Source: a virus
DNA: 64,000 bases
IMG/VR virus record: IMGVR_UViG_3300048930_000242
Span: 89,341 to 153,340 of that record
Strand: one strand, 5' to 3'
Part shown: positions 1 through 9,652 of the stretch, piece after piece
Numbering within the stretch: the first letter of the stretch is position 1
Layout: each line of letters opens with the position of its first letter
Notes under the pieces: generated by a model
What the model was told of the DNA's origin: nothing
What the model saw: only the letters and a program-made list of their open reading frames with translations
Databases searched by the model: none
Program-made: the position numbers and the translations under genes

Positions 1-302
1 GCCCATACTTTCAAGGATTTCCTCTTCAAAGCATGAATGAGAAATCGCTTCTTCTTCTCCATTATGGATTGACACAGTGTATCCACGCACCAAAATTTCA
101 TGAATAAGTGCTTGAGCAATACGAGATTCGATCTGCATAGGAAGATTGAAAATGCTCATTTGGACTTCTCTTTGCGGTTGGTAGAAGTAAATCATACCAT
201 AGTGGCTTGACCTTGTACAGCTTTCTTTTCCGTAATGACCAATTGTTTACAATCTCTTGCTGCACAACTTTTCTAGCTTGTGCAGCAAGAGCGCTTCTCC
301 TT

Positions 303-1133
303 TTAGCGACTGATGATCGAAAGTGACGGATGGGCAATTGGCTCGTTGTACATGGCCAAGACATCCGAAACCACTCGTGAACGAACAACGTCTCTTTCGT
401 CAAGCTGGTCGACCGAGATCAACTTGGTCCGTGATTTGGCTAGACGGTTTCTAAGGTCGACCAGGCCGTTCTCAGAGGCCTTCAGGTCTGATTGATTTGG
501 GTCTCCAAGGATGACCGTCTTGGAGTTCTCACCGGCTCGGGTGGTCAAGCATTTCATCTGGGAGATGGTCGAGTTGCTCATCTCGTCGGCCAGAACAAAG
601 GCATCCGAGAAGGTGCTACCACGCATGAAGGCGAACGGACGAATCTGAATGACACCTTTCTCAATCAGATGGTTTGTCATTCGACCACCAACAAGTGTAA
701 CAAAGCAGTCCAAGATCGGAAGCACATAAGGGAGCATCTTCGAATCGACGCCACCAGGCAAGAAGCCTAGTTGCTCGTCGGACTCAACAGCTGGCCTTGT
801 GATAATCACTCTTTCAATTCGCTCGTCTCGAAGAAACTCAAGAGCGGTAAGAACTGAAAGGAAAGTCTTTCCTGAACCAGCTGGACCAATGATGACCGAC
901 ATTGGAAGCTCGGATCGGAGGTTATGAAGAACCTCTGCTTGGCCTTGTGTTTTCGGCTCAATCAACTTATGGATCTTGATCTCGGAACCACGTATTGGCT
1001 CGAAATATCCCATCCGAATAGCATCGGACTTTGTTTGGTTGATTGAACCTAGCAGCGGTTCCTCTTCGCGGCGCGTTTCTGACCGAGAGTACTTTTGCTG
1101 CTTTTTCTCATAATTAGAGTTTCTTCTGCCCAA
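303..1133 (-). CDS. phoH: PhoH-like ATPase
   Basis: Walker A GPAGSGKT, TRPAVE, LGFLPG, RGSTF, LGDPNQSD motifs. Confidence 0.93.
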   Translation of the reverse strand: MGRRNSNYEKKQQKYSRSETRREEEPLLGSINQTKSDAIRMGYFEPIRGSEIKIHKLIEPKTQGQAEVLHNLRSELPMSVIIGPAGSGKTFLSVLTALEFLRDERIERVIITRPAVESDEQLGFLPGGVDSKMLPYVLPILDCFVTLVGGRMTNHLIEKGVIQIRPFAFMRGSTFSDAFVLADEMSNSTISQMKCLTTRAGENSKTVILGDPNQSDLKASENGLVDLRNRLAKSRTKLISVDQLDERDVVRSRVVSDVLAMYNEPIAHPSLSIISR

Positions 1134-1261
1134 AAGAGAAGCTCCTGTAGTGATAAATGAGTTTTGAGTACAGCGAGGAAAAGACGTCCGAAATTTGATT
1201 GGGCTTCAGCAGTATACTGCTCGAATAACTAGATTATTTCTTTCTGTCTTTTCCTACAAAC

Positions 1262-1468
1262 TTATCTATCTGATTCCAGGCAGACTTCCTTCAAGAGTCG
1301 AATCTCGTTTTCAATATGCTCGAAGAGATCCACTCCGTAGGTCTCTTTCTTTTCGGCGAAGTAATTGCGGCCTCTGGTGCATATCCGCTCAAGGATCTCG
1401 AATCTACTCTCTAGGATTGATTTCATTTCACCAGGTTCGCGAAATATGGCTGCTCCCATTCTCGGCAA
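1262..1468 (-). CDS. hypothetical protein
   Basis: ORF in tightly packed - strand run; start uncertain. Confidence 0.45.
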   Translation of the reverse strand: MPRMGAAIFREPGEMKSILESRFEILERICTRGRNYFAEKKETYGVDLFEHIENEIRLLKEVCLESDR

Positions 1469-1824
1469 TATTTGTCAGTGCAATAGATCCTGTACCAAGC
1501 CTTTGAAAGAGGTCGACTAATTTCATCGATAATTCTACCGGCCCATGATGGATGAACGGTTTGATCTTCGATAGATTGCTTAAACCATTCATGATCGTTA
1601 ATGCTACGAGCGATATTCAAAAGATCTCGGCGCACATCGAAGAAAATAGTTGGATCTTGTTGAATGAAGTCGGTTTCATTATTCTTGAAACAAGAATCTG
1701 CTCTTGGCTTCAGGCGTAGCATAATAAGATTGATTTCTTCGCAAAGAGATTCATGAGCTAAACACGAAGCAACATCATGAAACATTGACCCATCATTTGC
1801 TTCAAATCGAATAATTTCTTTCAT
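1423..1824 (-). CDS. hypothetical phage protein
   Basis: 133-aa ORF in co-oriented run. Confidence 0.7.
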   Translation of the reverse strand: MKEIIRFEANDGSMFHDVASCLAHESLCEEINLIMLRLKPRADSCFKNNETDFIQQDPTIFFDVRRDLLNIARSINDHEWFKQSIEDQTVHPSWAGRIIDEISRPLSKAWYRIYCTDKYCREWEQPYFANLVK

Positions 1825-1834
1825 TTTGAGATTC

Positions 1835-2164
1835 CTATTTCACCAGGTAGAAAGCAATTGAAGAACCGACAAGAGCACCAAATGCCGCACCTAACGCGTA
1901 GAGAAACCTATCAATGGCTCCACCGAATACAACCTTTCGGATATTGTGAGTCCAGATAATAGAGATCATGAAGCTCGTCAGAAAGATTCCAAGAGGAACA
2001 TATTTGGCGACCAAATAGGAATTTGCTCCAACGAATGCTACTTGAATGAATCCAGTAGAGAACAGCATCACTCGATCCTTGGTCGAACTAATAACAATGC
2101 TTGTCCGACGGTCCACTCGCTTGACCTCTTCTTCAGTGCTCAATCGCCACCACCAGAGCTGCAT
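1835..2164 (-). CDS. small membrane protein
   Basis: three hydrophobic segments; true start probably the internal Met (MLFSTG). Confidence 0.65.
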   Translation of the reverse strand: MQLWWWRLSTEEEVKRVDRRTSIVISSTKDRVMLFSTGFIQVAFVGANSYLVAKYVPLGIFLTSFMISIIWTHNIRKVVFGGAIDRFLYALGAAFGALVGSSIAFYLVK

Positions 2165-2466
2165 GAAGAAGAACCAGAGTCAGAAGAAGACGAGCATGAA
2201 TCATTTGAAGAGTACGACAAATCAATTGCCGCATACGAAGACAATTTTGGTGGGCTCACTCCAAAATCAGCAAGAGTTCGATTATTTGCGCTTGGATATT
2301 CTGGCGCAAGCGGAGTAGTATATCGACGGGTCTCTGGGATCTCCAGGTCAATATCGATTTCTGGAAATTCAATAGCCGACTTTCTATTAGATCGCCGAAT
2401 CAAATAATACAGCACAACCACTGCAATCAATGCGATAATAATGAAGACAACAAATTCGGTGCTCAT
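2140..2466 (-). CDS. single-TM protein with Ser/Gly-rich C-terminal tail
   Basis: N-terminal TM helix; SSSSDSGSSSCSSGGGD tail typical of a widespread phage family. Confidence 0.7.
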   Translation of the reverse strand: MSTEFVVFIIIALIAVVVLYYLIRRSNRKSAIEFPEIDIDLEIPETRRYTTPLAPEYPSANNRTLADFGVSPPKLSSYAAIDLSYSSNDSCSSSSDSGSSSCSSGGGD

Positions 2467-2477
2467 TTCGGTTTTCC

Positions 2478-2789
2478 TTAATTGGTCACATCACTAGAAA
2501 CTGGATCGATGTAAACATGCCAAACCAGTCCGTTATTCATCAGAGCGGTTCCGACATATTCAAGACTATAGTCGTCAAATTCATTTCCGGTGCCGGCGAT
2601 ATGAACATTAACAATACATGGCTTTGCTCGATCATCGGTCATCATCCATAGACACAAAACTCCATTCTGCTCATGGACAGAGAGAGGCTTGAAACCACGG
2701 AAAGAATGAATCTTCTGCTCGTCGGTGATCTTCAGCTGATACTTCAGGATGCGCTTCATGTCATTTACTCCGGTTGCCAGTTCAAACAA
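2478..2789 (-). CDS. conserved hypothetical phage protein
   Basis: ILKYQL...GTG...YVGT...LVWHVY pattern; start probably MKRILK. Confidence 0.7.
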   Translation of the reverse strand: MFELATGVNDMKRILKYQLKITDEQKIHSFRGFKPLSVHEQNGVLCLWMMTDDRAKPCIVNVHIAGTGNEFDDYSLEYVGTALMNNGLVWHVYIDPVSSDVTN

Positions 2790-3127
2790 CGGTTAGATTC
2801 TTCACGAATGTCATCTTCGTATTTGCAAGCCCATTCCATATAGTCCCAGATCGCCTTGGCGCCAATAGGATTCTGAGAGTGAACATCGATCTCAGGAAAC
2901 TCGGCATTGTGCCAAACGCAAAACCGGATCAACTGCTTGAGACAATCCAGGCCGGTCCGTGCTTCACCCAGGTCATGGTCAAAAGAGACCTTGACCGGAG
3001 GACCGTACTCTTGGAGGACATTATTGAACTCAGCCCAAGAACGGACAATAATCGGTGCACCATCCTCGAAGAAAGTCGAATGAGCTGGAGGAAAGCGTTC
3101 GTCATCAAGAAAGAGATTGTAGCTCAT
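2765..3127 (-). CDS. cyclic-phosphate-processing receiver-domain protein
   Basis: LFLDDER, SFDHDLG, TGLDC and VHSQNPIG motifs. Confidence 0.8.
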   Translation of the reverse strand: MSYNLFLDDERFPPAHSTFFEDGAPIIVRSWAEFNNVLQEYGPPVKVSFDHDLGEARTGLDCLKQLIRFCVWHNAEFPEIDVHSQNPIGAKAIWDYMEWACKYEDDIREESNRCLNWQPE

Positions 3128-3239
3128 TTCGAATTCCTTGCCTTGGCTCGAAGGACCCTTGCCAGATAGTGCTTCGATCGGTAAATTTGCTGACTCCACT
3201 TATGAAGAAGGTAAATGTTCATCGATAGTCCAATTGACT

Positions 3240-3458
3240 TTAGTCGTCAAACTCATCACTGTCGCAAGTGACGGTTTCCATCGCCACTTGAAGAAGATGC
3301 TCGTAGTTGCTGGATGTCATGTTGTCCATGACGGCCTTGATCTCTTCCTGAGAGACTCCACCACGACGAAGAACTCGAGTAAGCCGACCCATGATCGAGT
3401 AGGCATTTCCGTCTTCGCCGGCAAGCCTCATATGGAGTTGCGGATACTTGATGCTCAT
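3240..3458 (-). CDS. hypothetical protein
   Basis: GEDGNAYSIMG motif common in small phage proteins; follows a promoter copy. Confidence 0.7.
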   Translation of the reverse strand: MSIKYPQLHMRLAGEDGNAYSIMGRLTRVLRRGGVSQEEIKAVMDNMTSSNYEHLLQVAMETVTCDSDEFDD

Positions 3459-3540
3459 GATAAATCTCCAATTGGTAGAGTTAGATTCTAACACTTCGGA
3501 GCCAGATTGTCCAGCTCCGAAGTGTTAACTTTAGAACCTA

Positions 3541-4545
3541 TCAGACCAGCGCCAACGCCTCGGTGAAGGCCTTGTTCTTCAAGCGCTCACCGGCTCCGAA
3601 CCATGCTTCCGAGAGACGAGTGTCCAGATTTCGACGACCAGCATCGAAGTCCACATCGTGGGTGACCGCGTTCAGCAGGCCCCAAACGGTTCCCAGAGCG
3701 GTCGGCATATCAGAGCCAGGAGCGGTCCGAAGGATCTTCGCCATGTGCTGGATGGTCCGCTCATGCTTCCGAACGACCGGCTCGCCTTCCTTCAGATTGT
3801 GGTAGACCTTCAGGAGGTACTTCGCCTGCATCTCTTCGGTGACCGGAGTCGAGGCCATCTTCAGCATCTGACCCTTGAAGGTTTCCCAGGCCTCGCCGAT
3901 CTTGAGATCGATCTTTGCCTGCTGAGCATCAAACTTCCGAGAGTGAGGAATCACCAGGCTCGATGCCGACTGCTCGGAGTTGCTCATGGTCAGAGTGTTG
4001 TTACAAACGACTCGGACCGAAGTGAACTTTGCCTGGGTGGCGACCGAACGATCGAAGGAAGTGGAGAGGAGCAGATAGGCCTTGACTTCATCGACGTCCT
4101 CCAGAGAGATCGCCATGTTGGTCGAAGCAAGCGCCCAGATCACTCGGCCGCTCTTGAGCACTCCGGCGGTCTCCATCTTGAATCCGTAGCTTTCGGTCAG
4201 ATCTCCGAAGAAGCCCATGACTTCGGCCGGCTGCACGATGTTGTATCGCGGAGAGACCATGCCAAGGAAGCCACCAGTATCCGAGCGGACCAAAGCGTTG
4301 AGCTCCTCGATCGGACTGAAGCCAGTCTCGGCATAGATGCCGCCAGCTTCCTCGATCTGCTCGATCGTGTTGTTCGGATCGAATCCAAGTCGATAGCGAT
4401 TCGCCTGCCACCCCATGCCGGACAGCTGAAGCCATTCCTCGAGGGTCTCATTGCCGGTCATCGGAGTACCGAGACCATGCCAAGGCGGAAGACCAACCCA
4501 AGCAGTTGCTGCGCGACCAGTGGTCATATCGATCTCGTGGCTCAT
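3541..4545 (-). CDS. DUF932/DUF945 family protein
   Basis: PWHGLG, ETAGVL, VRVVCNNTL, GTVWGLLNAVT motifs. Confidence 0.88.
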   Translation of the reverse strand: MSHEIDMTTGRAATAWVGLPPWHGLGTPMTGNETLEEWLQLSGMGWQANRYRLGFDPNNTIEQIEEAGGIYAETGFSPIEELNALVRSDTGGFLGMVSPRYNIVQPAEVMGFFGDLTESYGFKMETAGVLKSGRVIWALASTNMAISLEDVDEVKAYLLLSTSFDRSVATQAKFTSVRVVCNNTLTMSNSEQSASSLVIPHSRKFDAQQAKIDLKIGEAWETFKGQMLKMASTPVTEEMQAKYLLKVYHNLKEGEPVVRKHERTIQHMAKILRTAPGSDMPTALGTVWGLLNAVTHDVDFDAGRRNLDTRLSEAWFGAGERLKNKAFTEALALV

Positions 4546-4639
4546 TTTGAAGCTCCTTGTTGATTGGTTGATTGTAGAATTATTCTACCGCAATGGAGAC
4601 CAGGTGTCCAGTCATTGTGGACACCTGGTACAATTCTGT

Positions 4640-4993
4640 TCAATCGATCCGGTAGCCGTAGGAGACGTCTTCGACGTTCTCGACCAGGCCAACGAGGATC
4701 AGAGCTTCGTTGAAGGCTCGAGCTCCGGCGATCTTGGCGTACATCGCCTGAGTGTTGAGGTTCGCCGGGTCCCAAACCTGGACGCCACGCTCACCGTAGG
4801 CCTTGTTGGCACCAAAGTGCTCTTTGAGGACCTTGGCCAGCGCCGAACGGCCATCCTTCACGATGCACCAGGCGAAACCACACGGGTACCAATCGTTCGG
4901 ATTGCGATCGAGGTACCGCTGAGTTGCCATCCGAGCCGCCATGAAGCACTCGTTGAGCTTCTGGATGATCTCGTTTTTGGTGAACTTGCTCAT
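4640..4993 (-). CDS. hypothetical protein
   Basis: PCGFAW motif; directly downstream of promoter copy. Confidence 0.7.
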   Translation of the reverse strand: MSKFTKNEIIQKLNECFMAARMATQRYLDRNPNDWYPCGFAWCIVKDGRSALAKVLKEHFGANKAYGERGVQVWDPANLNTQAMYAKIAGARAFNEALILVGLVENVEDVSYGYRID

Positions 4994-5025
4994 TGTGAAT
5001 TTCCTGGTTGGTTGACTATGATAGA

Positions 5026-5070
5026 ATTCTACCACAACGGAGACCGCTTGTCCAGCAATGAATTGTAAAC
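5026..5070 (-). promoter_or_regulatory. early-type promoter copy
   Basis: GTTTACAATT..TGCTGGACA-N17-TAGAAT. Confidence 0.85.
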
Positions 5071-5075
5071 TTGAG

Positions 5076-5441
5076 TTACGAAACCTGAGCGGCCAGGATG
5101 AACTCTTCGTAGGTGAACGGAGTGCTCGGCTTGATCAGCTCGATGAGCTTCTCGAAGAGAGCACGAGCGGCCTTGTCGCCGATCTCGCTCCGCCACGCTT
5201 CTTCGGCCATGCTGCGGATGTTCGGATTCGCCGCCATTGCGGAAGCGACCGACGGCTCAAAGAGACCGAGGTACCATGAGATCAGTTCGGAGCTCTTCGG
5301 AATCGGAGTGCCTGCGATAGCGGCATCAAGAACCTCGTGGATCTCTTCTTCGGTGCATCGACCTTCATCGACACTCGCTTGGATGGCGCCTTCGATGCGA
5401 AAGGCAAGGGCACGGGCGTGAAGCATTTGGGTGGCATTCAT
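5076..5441 (-). CDS. hypothetical protein
   Basis: ORF in operon. Confidence 0.6.
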   Translation of the reverse strand: MNATQMLHARALAFRIEGAIQASVDEGRCTEEEIHEVLDAAIAGTPIPKSSELISWYLGLFEPSVASAMAANPNIRSMAEEAWRSEIGDKAARALFEKLIELIKPSTPFTYEEFILAAQVS

Positions 5442-5444
5442 GTG

Positions 5445-5780
5445 TTAGTCTCCTGAGTCTACTTGACGGGTTGCGCCGCACTTGGCGCATGTGTGGAGGT
5501 AGAGACAATTGCCGATCTTGGCGGTCTCTACCCATTCATGGATGCATTCTTTGGCACGAGAGGCCGGCACATAGCCATGGCCACCGCACTGGTTGCAAGA
5601 TCCGGACATGTTGGCGAACAATCGCCACTGTCCGTGACCTTTGCAGACCGGGCAGTCGACCGGATCTTTCATGTAGGTCGGAACCTCTCGACGGAAGAGT
5701 CCATCGAACATCCGAGGGTCCGGGTTGTGGATCGGGTGCCAGTAGTTCGATTTGATCCAGAGGTTGCTCATGTCGTCCAC
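5445..5780 (-). CDS. zinc-finger protein (DnaJ-type CxxCxGxG repeats)
   Basis: CPVCKGHG, CNQCGGHG, CAKCG. Confidence 0.65.
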   Translation of the reverse strand: MDDMSNLWIKSNYWHPIHNPDPRMFDGLFRREVPTYMKDPVDCPVCKGHGQWRLFANMSGSCNQCGGHGYVPASRAKECIHEWVETAKIGNCLYLHTCAKCGATRQVDSGD

Positions 5781-6118
5781 ACTCGTCCAGTTGCTACGTT
5801 CACCAACGTAACGCCAGGTCCAAACTCAGCACGAGCCTCGGCGTCGTTCTTATCGCTCACGGTCGCTTGCTTACCGCAAAGAGTCAAAAATGCAGCCAGA
5901 TCTTCCGCTGCCGCCCGTTTACACGCCAGTAGATCAACCGCCAATCCAATATGGACGGCCAGTTCAAGACAGTCGGTCGGAGGGACAGCATTATTTGAGT
6001 CCCACCTGATGATGCCGTTGGTGATGGTCGCTTCGTTGCGAAGCTGATTAGCCACTCGCTCGGCGTCCTTGCGGAAGAATTCGTTGGTGGACTGGAGATC
6101 TTTGACCAAGTTTGCCAT
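5768..6118 (-). CDS. hypothetical protein
   Basis: AGGAG RBS and promoter copy immediately upstream. Confidence 0.65.
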   Translation of the reverse strand: MANLVKDLQSTNEFFRKDAERVANQLRNEATITNGIIRWDSNNAVPPTDCLELAVHIGLAVDLLACKRAAAEDLAAFLTLCGKQATVSDKNDAEARAEFGPGVTLVNVATGRVWTT

Positions 6119-6143
6119 GTTGCTTCTCCTAGACTATGATAGA

Positions 6144-6188
6144 ATTCTACCACAATGGAGAGGCCTTGTCCAGTGTTCAATTGTAAAC
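6144..6188 (-). promoter_or_regulatory. early-type promoter copy
   Basis: GTTTACAA...TGGACA-N17-TAGAAT. Confidence 0.85.
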
Positions 6189-6550
6189 TATAATGCACTC
6201 GGTAGAAGGTTCGAGAAGCTCTTTGGAAGAAGCACGTTCGGAGTGTGACCCTTGAAGAACGGAGCGATGTCACCAGGCTTGTAGCCGGCCAAGCCGCAGC
6301 CGATCTTCACAACCTCGAATTCTAACTCCGGATGCTCCTTTGCGTAGACCAAGAACCTGGAGACCGCCGCCTGGATGTATGAAAGCGGAAGAGTCCGAAG
6401 GAACTTGTCCTTGGTTGGGATCCCATAAGCGTCTCCGGTCCGGCCTTCTCCTACCTTAAGTTGAGCACCATAGGCCTGACGAGCATGAAGAGCCGAGCCA
6501 GCTCCGTGAATGCCGGCCAGATTAGAACCAAAGACAAAGATCCGCTTCAT
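6188..6550 (-). CDS. A1S_2505-family (Macro-like) phage protein
   Basis: IFVFGSNLAGIHGAG, YGIPT, KIGCGLAG motifs. Confidence 0.8.
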   Translation of the reverse strand: MKRIFVFGSNLAGIHGAGSALHARQAYGAQLKVGEGRTGDAYGIPTKDKFLRTLPLSYIQAAVSRFLVYAKEHPELEFEVVKIGCGLAGYKPGDIAPFFKGHTPNVLLPKSFSNLLPSAL

Positions 6551-6762
6551 GGCAACTTCACCTTCCCAAAGAATCCATCGATGCGTTCATAAAGTCCGGC
6601 CTTCTTCAAGACCGACAGGTGACCGGACAATTCGGCCTTGGTCCATCCAGTCTCTTGGACGGCGGCCTCAATGTAGACACCTCCCCATCCGAGATCCTCC
6701 CAGCAGACCTTGCCGCGGAGGATTCCAAGAAGTTTCTCGGTGTCCTCATCCAATCCGTTCAA
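6547..6762 (-). CDS. small winged-helix-like protein
   Basis: ELSGHLSVLKKAGL pattern; coupled to neighbours. Confidence 0.5.
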   Translation of the reverse strand: MNGLDEDTEKLLGILRGKVCWEDLGWGGVYIEAAVQETGWTKAELSGHLSVLKKAGLYERIDGFFGKVKLP

Positions 6763-7357
6763 GTTCTTTCTTCGCTTTTGTCAAGCGTTCCTCGATGGCC
6801 TCAATCTCGCGGAGCTTTGCATTCTTCAGATTGGAAGACTTGACCTTGTTATCCTGAGCCACCTTTTTATCAAACTCCTCGGCGGTCATAAAAAGGTACA
6901 CTCCGGGAAAGGTATGCTCGCTCTCTTCATCCGATCCACCGCGGCATCCGTAGATCAAACAGGTCATCGTCAAGGCACCGGAAATCGTGCTATCGCGAAG
7001 ACCAATGATGCGGTCAAATTGAAATCCAAGATGATAAGCAATGTCCTTGAGTCGAGGAATAAGTGAACCAAGAAGATCGCCACGCTTATTCTCAAGCATA
7101 TCGATCTCATGTCCGAGTTTATCGTATTCTTGCCATGCAGTTTGGTTGTCGTTCATTGCTGATTCTCCGTTCATTGTCGTTAGGCCTTTAAAGGCCTTTC
7201 TGATCTCTATTGCGAAGACACCGTGACATTTGTCGGCAATAGTGTTCCAAGCATTCTGGTGGATCGTCCAGACTTGGCGAGCCTTGTCCCAGTATCCACC
7301 AACCTTCTTGATGAGATGCCGGTGGGCGTAAGTCGCTCCGTGAAGTGTGAGTCTCAT
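6746..7357 (-). CDS. hypothetical protein
   Basis: 203-aa ORF; may be two small genes fused in frame (internal MNDNQT). Confidence 0.55.
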   Translation of the reverse strand: MRLTLHGATYAHRHLIKKVGGYWDKARQVWTIHQNAWNTIADKCHGVFAIEIRKAFKGLTTMNGESAMNDNQTAWQEYDKLGHEIDMLENKRGDLLGSLIPRLKDIAYHLGFQFDRIIGLRDSTISGALTMTCLIYGCRGGSDEESEHTFPGVYLFMTAEEFDKKVAQDNKVKSSNLKNAKLREIEAIEERLTKAKKELERIG

Positions 7358-7403
7358 GGGCTTTCGCTCTCGTCAATCCAGCAAATGCAGTTCCACACCG
7401 AGT

Positions 7404-7715
7404 TCATTCGCATTCCACTCCTACCATTGATTGGTTGCCATTGCCAGTGTGAACCTTGAAAACCGGAGTGAGCGTTCGATGGAAGTAGAGAAGTCCTTGT
7501 ACACAGATAGTTGGGACCAAGTCCTTGTAGACCAATTTGGCAGCCGGAGGAGGCAACATGGTCTCATCGCAGAACTTCGGCCGCTCGGTCGGAACTTCAA
7601 GAGCAACCGCGTCGGTCAAGCATCCAACTCGTTGTCCGCAGACGTCATGACAAATCTTGATCGGATTTGAACTGATGATTCCAGCAAAGAGAACTGATGC
7701 AATTAGAGTGTTCAT
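7404..7715 (-). CDS. putative secreted Cys-rich protein
   Basis: N-terminal hydrophobic signal. Confidence 0.55.
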   Translation of the reverse strand: MNTLIASVLFAGIISSNPIKICHDVCGQRVGCLTDAVALEVPTERPKFCDETMLPPPAAKLVYKDLVPTICVQGLLYFHRTLTPVFKVHTGNGNQSMVGVECE

Positions 7716-7724
7716 GTTGATTCC

Positions 7725-7967
7725 TTAGGAGACTCGAACGAGACCAGAGAGATGTTCACTGAATGTGCGCGCCCACTTCTTGAAGAAGTACTTCGTCAAC
7801 CAGCCAAATTCCAGAGTAGCGTTCGGAGTCAACTTGGCGACTCGAGAAATCCTCCAACTATCTGAGAACGCCCACCGAGTGGCCGAGAAAGCCGCTTTCC
7901 AGATTGGCATGAAGAAGACAATTGCAAAGCAGACGGCGAAACCAAGCCAAAATTCGTAACTCATCAC
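7725..7967 (-). CDS. small membrane protein
   Basis: N-terminal TM. Confidence 0.55.
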   Translation of the reverse strand: MMSYEFWLGFAVCFAIVFFMPIWKAAFSATRWAFSDSWRISRVAKLTPNATLEFGWLTKYFFKKWARTFSEHLSGLVRVS

Positions 7968-8254
7968 ACCGATTCCTCTTGGATGTAGTTGTCGCCAACC
8001 GTCTCGTCCATCTCGAAGTGATCCATCCGGAGCAACTTGAGGAAGAGACTGTAGGAGATGTCATGGTAGACGCGACCGCAGTTGGCCGAGCCAGCACGAC
8101 CAGAGATGATGATCCGCTCACAACCGATAGAACCGTCGGCATAAGTCCAGAAAGCCTTCGGGTAGACTCGGCCGGTCACTCGGACTCGCTTGCCGGCAAA
8201 GAAGGCGATGAAGTGGATGTAGCGGACCTTGTACTCGTTCATGACCATCTCCAT
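7964..8254 (-). CDS. hypothetical protein
   Basis: downstream of promoter copy. Confidence 0.55.
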   Translation of the reverse strand: MEMVMNEYKVRYIHFIAFFAGKRVRVTGRVYPKAFWTYADGSIGCERIIISGRAGSANCGRVYHDISYSLFLKLLRMDHFEMDETVGDNYIQEESV

Positions 8255-8321
8255 TTGTTAGGATGATTCTAACACAATGGAGAGAGCATGTCCAGTGCCT
8301 TGAGTCACTTGTTCCGAAAGT

Positions 8322-8522
8322 TTACAATTCGCAGCCGCCGATGCCGATGTCCACGATTTTGATCATTTCGCCGTCTTGGCCAAAGTCCATGGTCTCGTAG
8401 ACATCGAAGTCGGTTCCGTCCGCCTGGCGACCCCAGAAGCGAGCATTGAAGCCGTCTGTGATGGTGACTTCCAGGTCTTGGTTGAGCGCCTGGAGCTTCT
8501 CAATGAGTTCTTTGACTTTCAT
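8322..8522 (-). CDS. hypothetical protein
   Basis: MKVKELIEKLQ start typical of small phage proteins. Confidence 0.6.
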   Translation of the reverse strand: MKVKELIEKLQALNQDLEVTITDGFNARFWGRQADGTDFDVYETMDFGQDGEMIKIVDIGIGGCEL

Positions 8523-8612
8523 TGCCTTCTTTTCTATCCTATGCTGGATTAGATAGATCATACCACATCCGTGATCGCTTGTCCACATCCAAGGATAGAA
8601 GTTTACAATCTC

Positions 8613-9227
8613 ATGAGTTCAATCCCTCAGCGTCAGATCTCCTTCACGGCCGGGCAGACATTCTTTGACCAAGTCATCTGGTGTCAAGGCGCCAGAGTTT
8701 ACAAGCAGGTCGCTTCGGTCACCACTGGTCTGCCAACAAAAATTCGAGTGCCAGGCCACGGCATCCCATTGGAATTGACCATCGCCGTGTGGTTCGACAA
8801 TTTCGTGACGGCCAAAGGTTCATTCTCTTCCGGCAAGCATTACTTTGCTTTCGCCGAAGATGAGAACACTATCGTCTTGATCGACGACAATACGACCAAT
8901 GAAACGATCAGTCAATACGGCACGATGTTCTATATTCCTCCGGTTGACCTGTTACAAACCACGGTCTATGCGGATTTCAAATACAAAGCTTCAGATACGA
9001 CGGCGCTGATTGATGCTTCTTCGTTGGCTCCTAACGCTATTTTCGAAATCGTTTCTCCTGGGCTTATCAGAATGGAACTTACTCCGGCTCATACAAAGAC
9101 TCTGATCGGGTCTTCAAGAAAGGCCGTTTCCGGTGTGGCTCAAATCGAACTCCATAACGAAGCCGGCCAGGTATTCAGGCCTTGGGACTACGCCTGGGAA
9201 GTGCATCCAGAAGGAACCAGAGAATGA
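8613..9227 (+). CDS. putative virion/baseplate-associated beta-rich protein
   Basis: first gene of a coupled + strand cassette; ATG at 8613. Confidence 0.65.
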   Translation: MSSIPQRQISFTAGQTFFDQVIWCQGARVYKQVASVTTGLPTKIRVPGHGIPLELTIAVWFDNFVTAKGSFSSGKHYFAFAEDENTIVLIDDNTTNETISQYGTMFYIPPVDLLQTTVYADFKYKASDTTALIDASSLAPNAIFEIVSPGLIRMELTPAHTKTLIGSSRKAVSGVAQIELHNEAGQVFRPWDYAWEVHPEGTRE

Positions 9228-9652
9228 GTAATGTAGCTTTGGTTTGGCCTGAGCACCAGGTTCTTATCTTCGGAGCTTCTCAGCCGTTTCCAGGAGTCTC
9301 TGGAGGTGGGTTTGTCGTTGATGTTCAAGAGTTCTTTGAGTCCGGAGAATGGACCAAGCCGGAAGACGCTCAGGAGATTGAAATTCACCTTTGGTCGGCC
9401 GGCTCTGGTGGTGGCGGCGGTGCGTATTCAACAATTACCCAATCTGGTGGTGGAGGCGGCGCGGCCGGAGGAGTTTATCAAACAGCTAAGATTCCCGCTT
9501 CGGCGGCTGGTTTAACCGAACTAGTGATAGTTGGTCTTGGAGGAATTGGTGGACTCGGAGCGACCACACCCGGAGGCTCTGGAGGAAATGGCGAAGCCGC
9601 CGATCGACACCACTGGTTTAACATTCGTGGCTCAGTTCAAAAAGAGCGCTAG
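9224..9652 (+). CDS. truncated glycine-rich tail-fibre domain protein
   Basis: FFESGEWTKP...WSAGSGGGGG...VGLGGIGG Gly-rich domain that ends abruptly. Confidence 0.6.
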   Translation: MSNVALVWPEHQVLIFGASQPFPGVSGGGFVVDVQEFFESGEWTKPEDAQEIEIHLWSAGSGGGGGAYSTITQSGGGGGAAGGVYQTAKIPASAAGLTELVIVGLGGIGGLGATTPGGSGGNGEAADRHHWFNIRGSVQKER

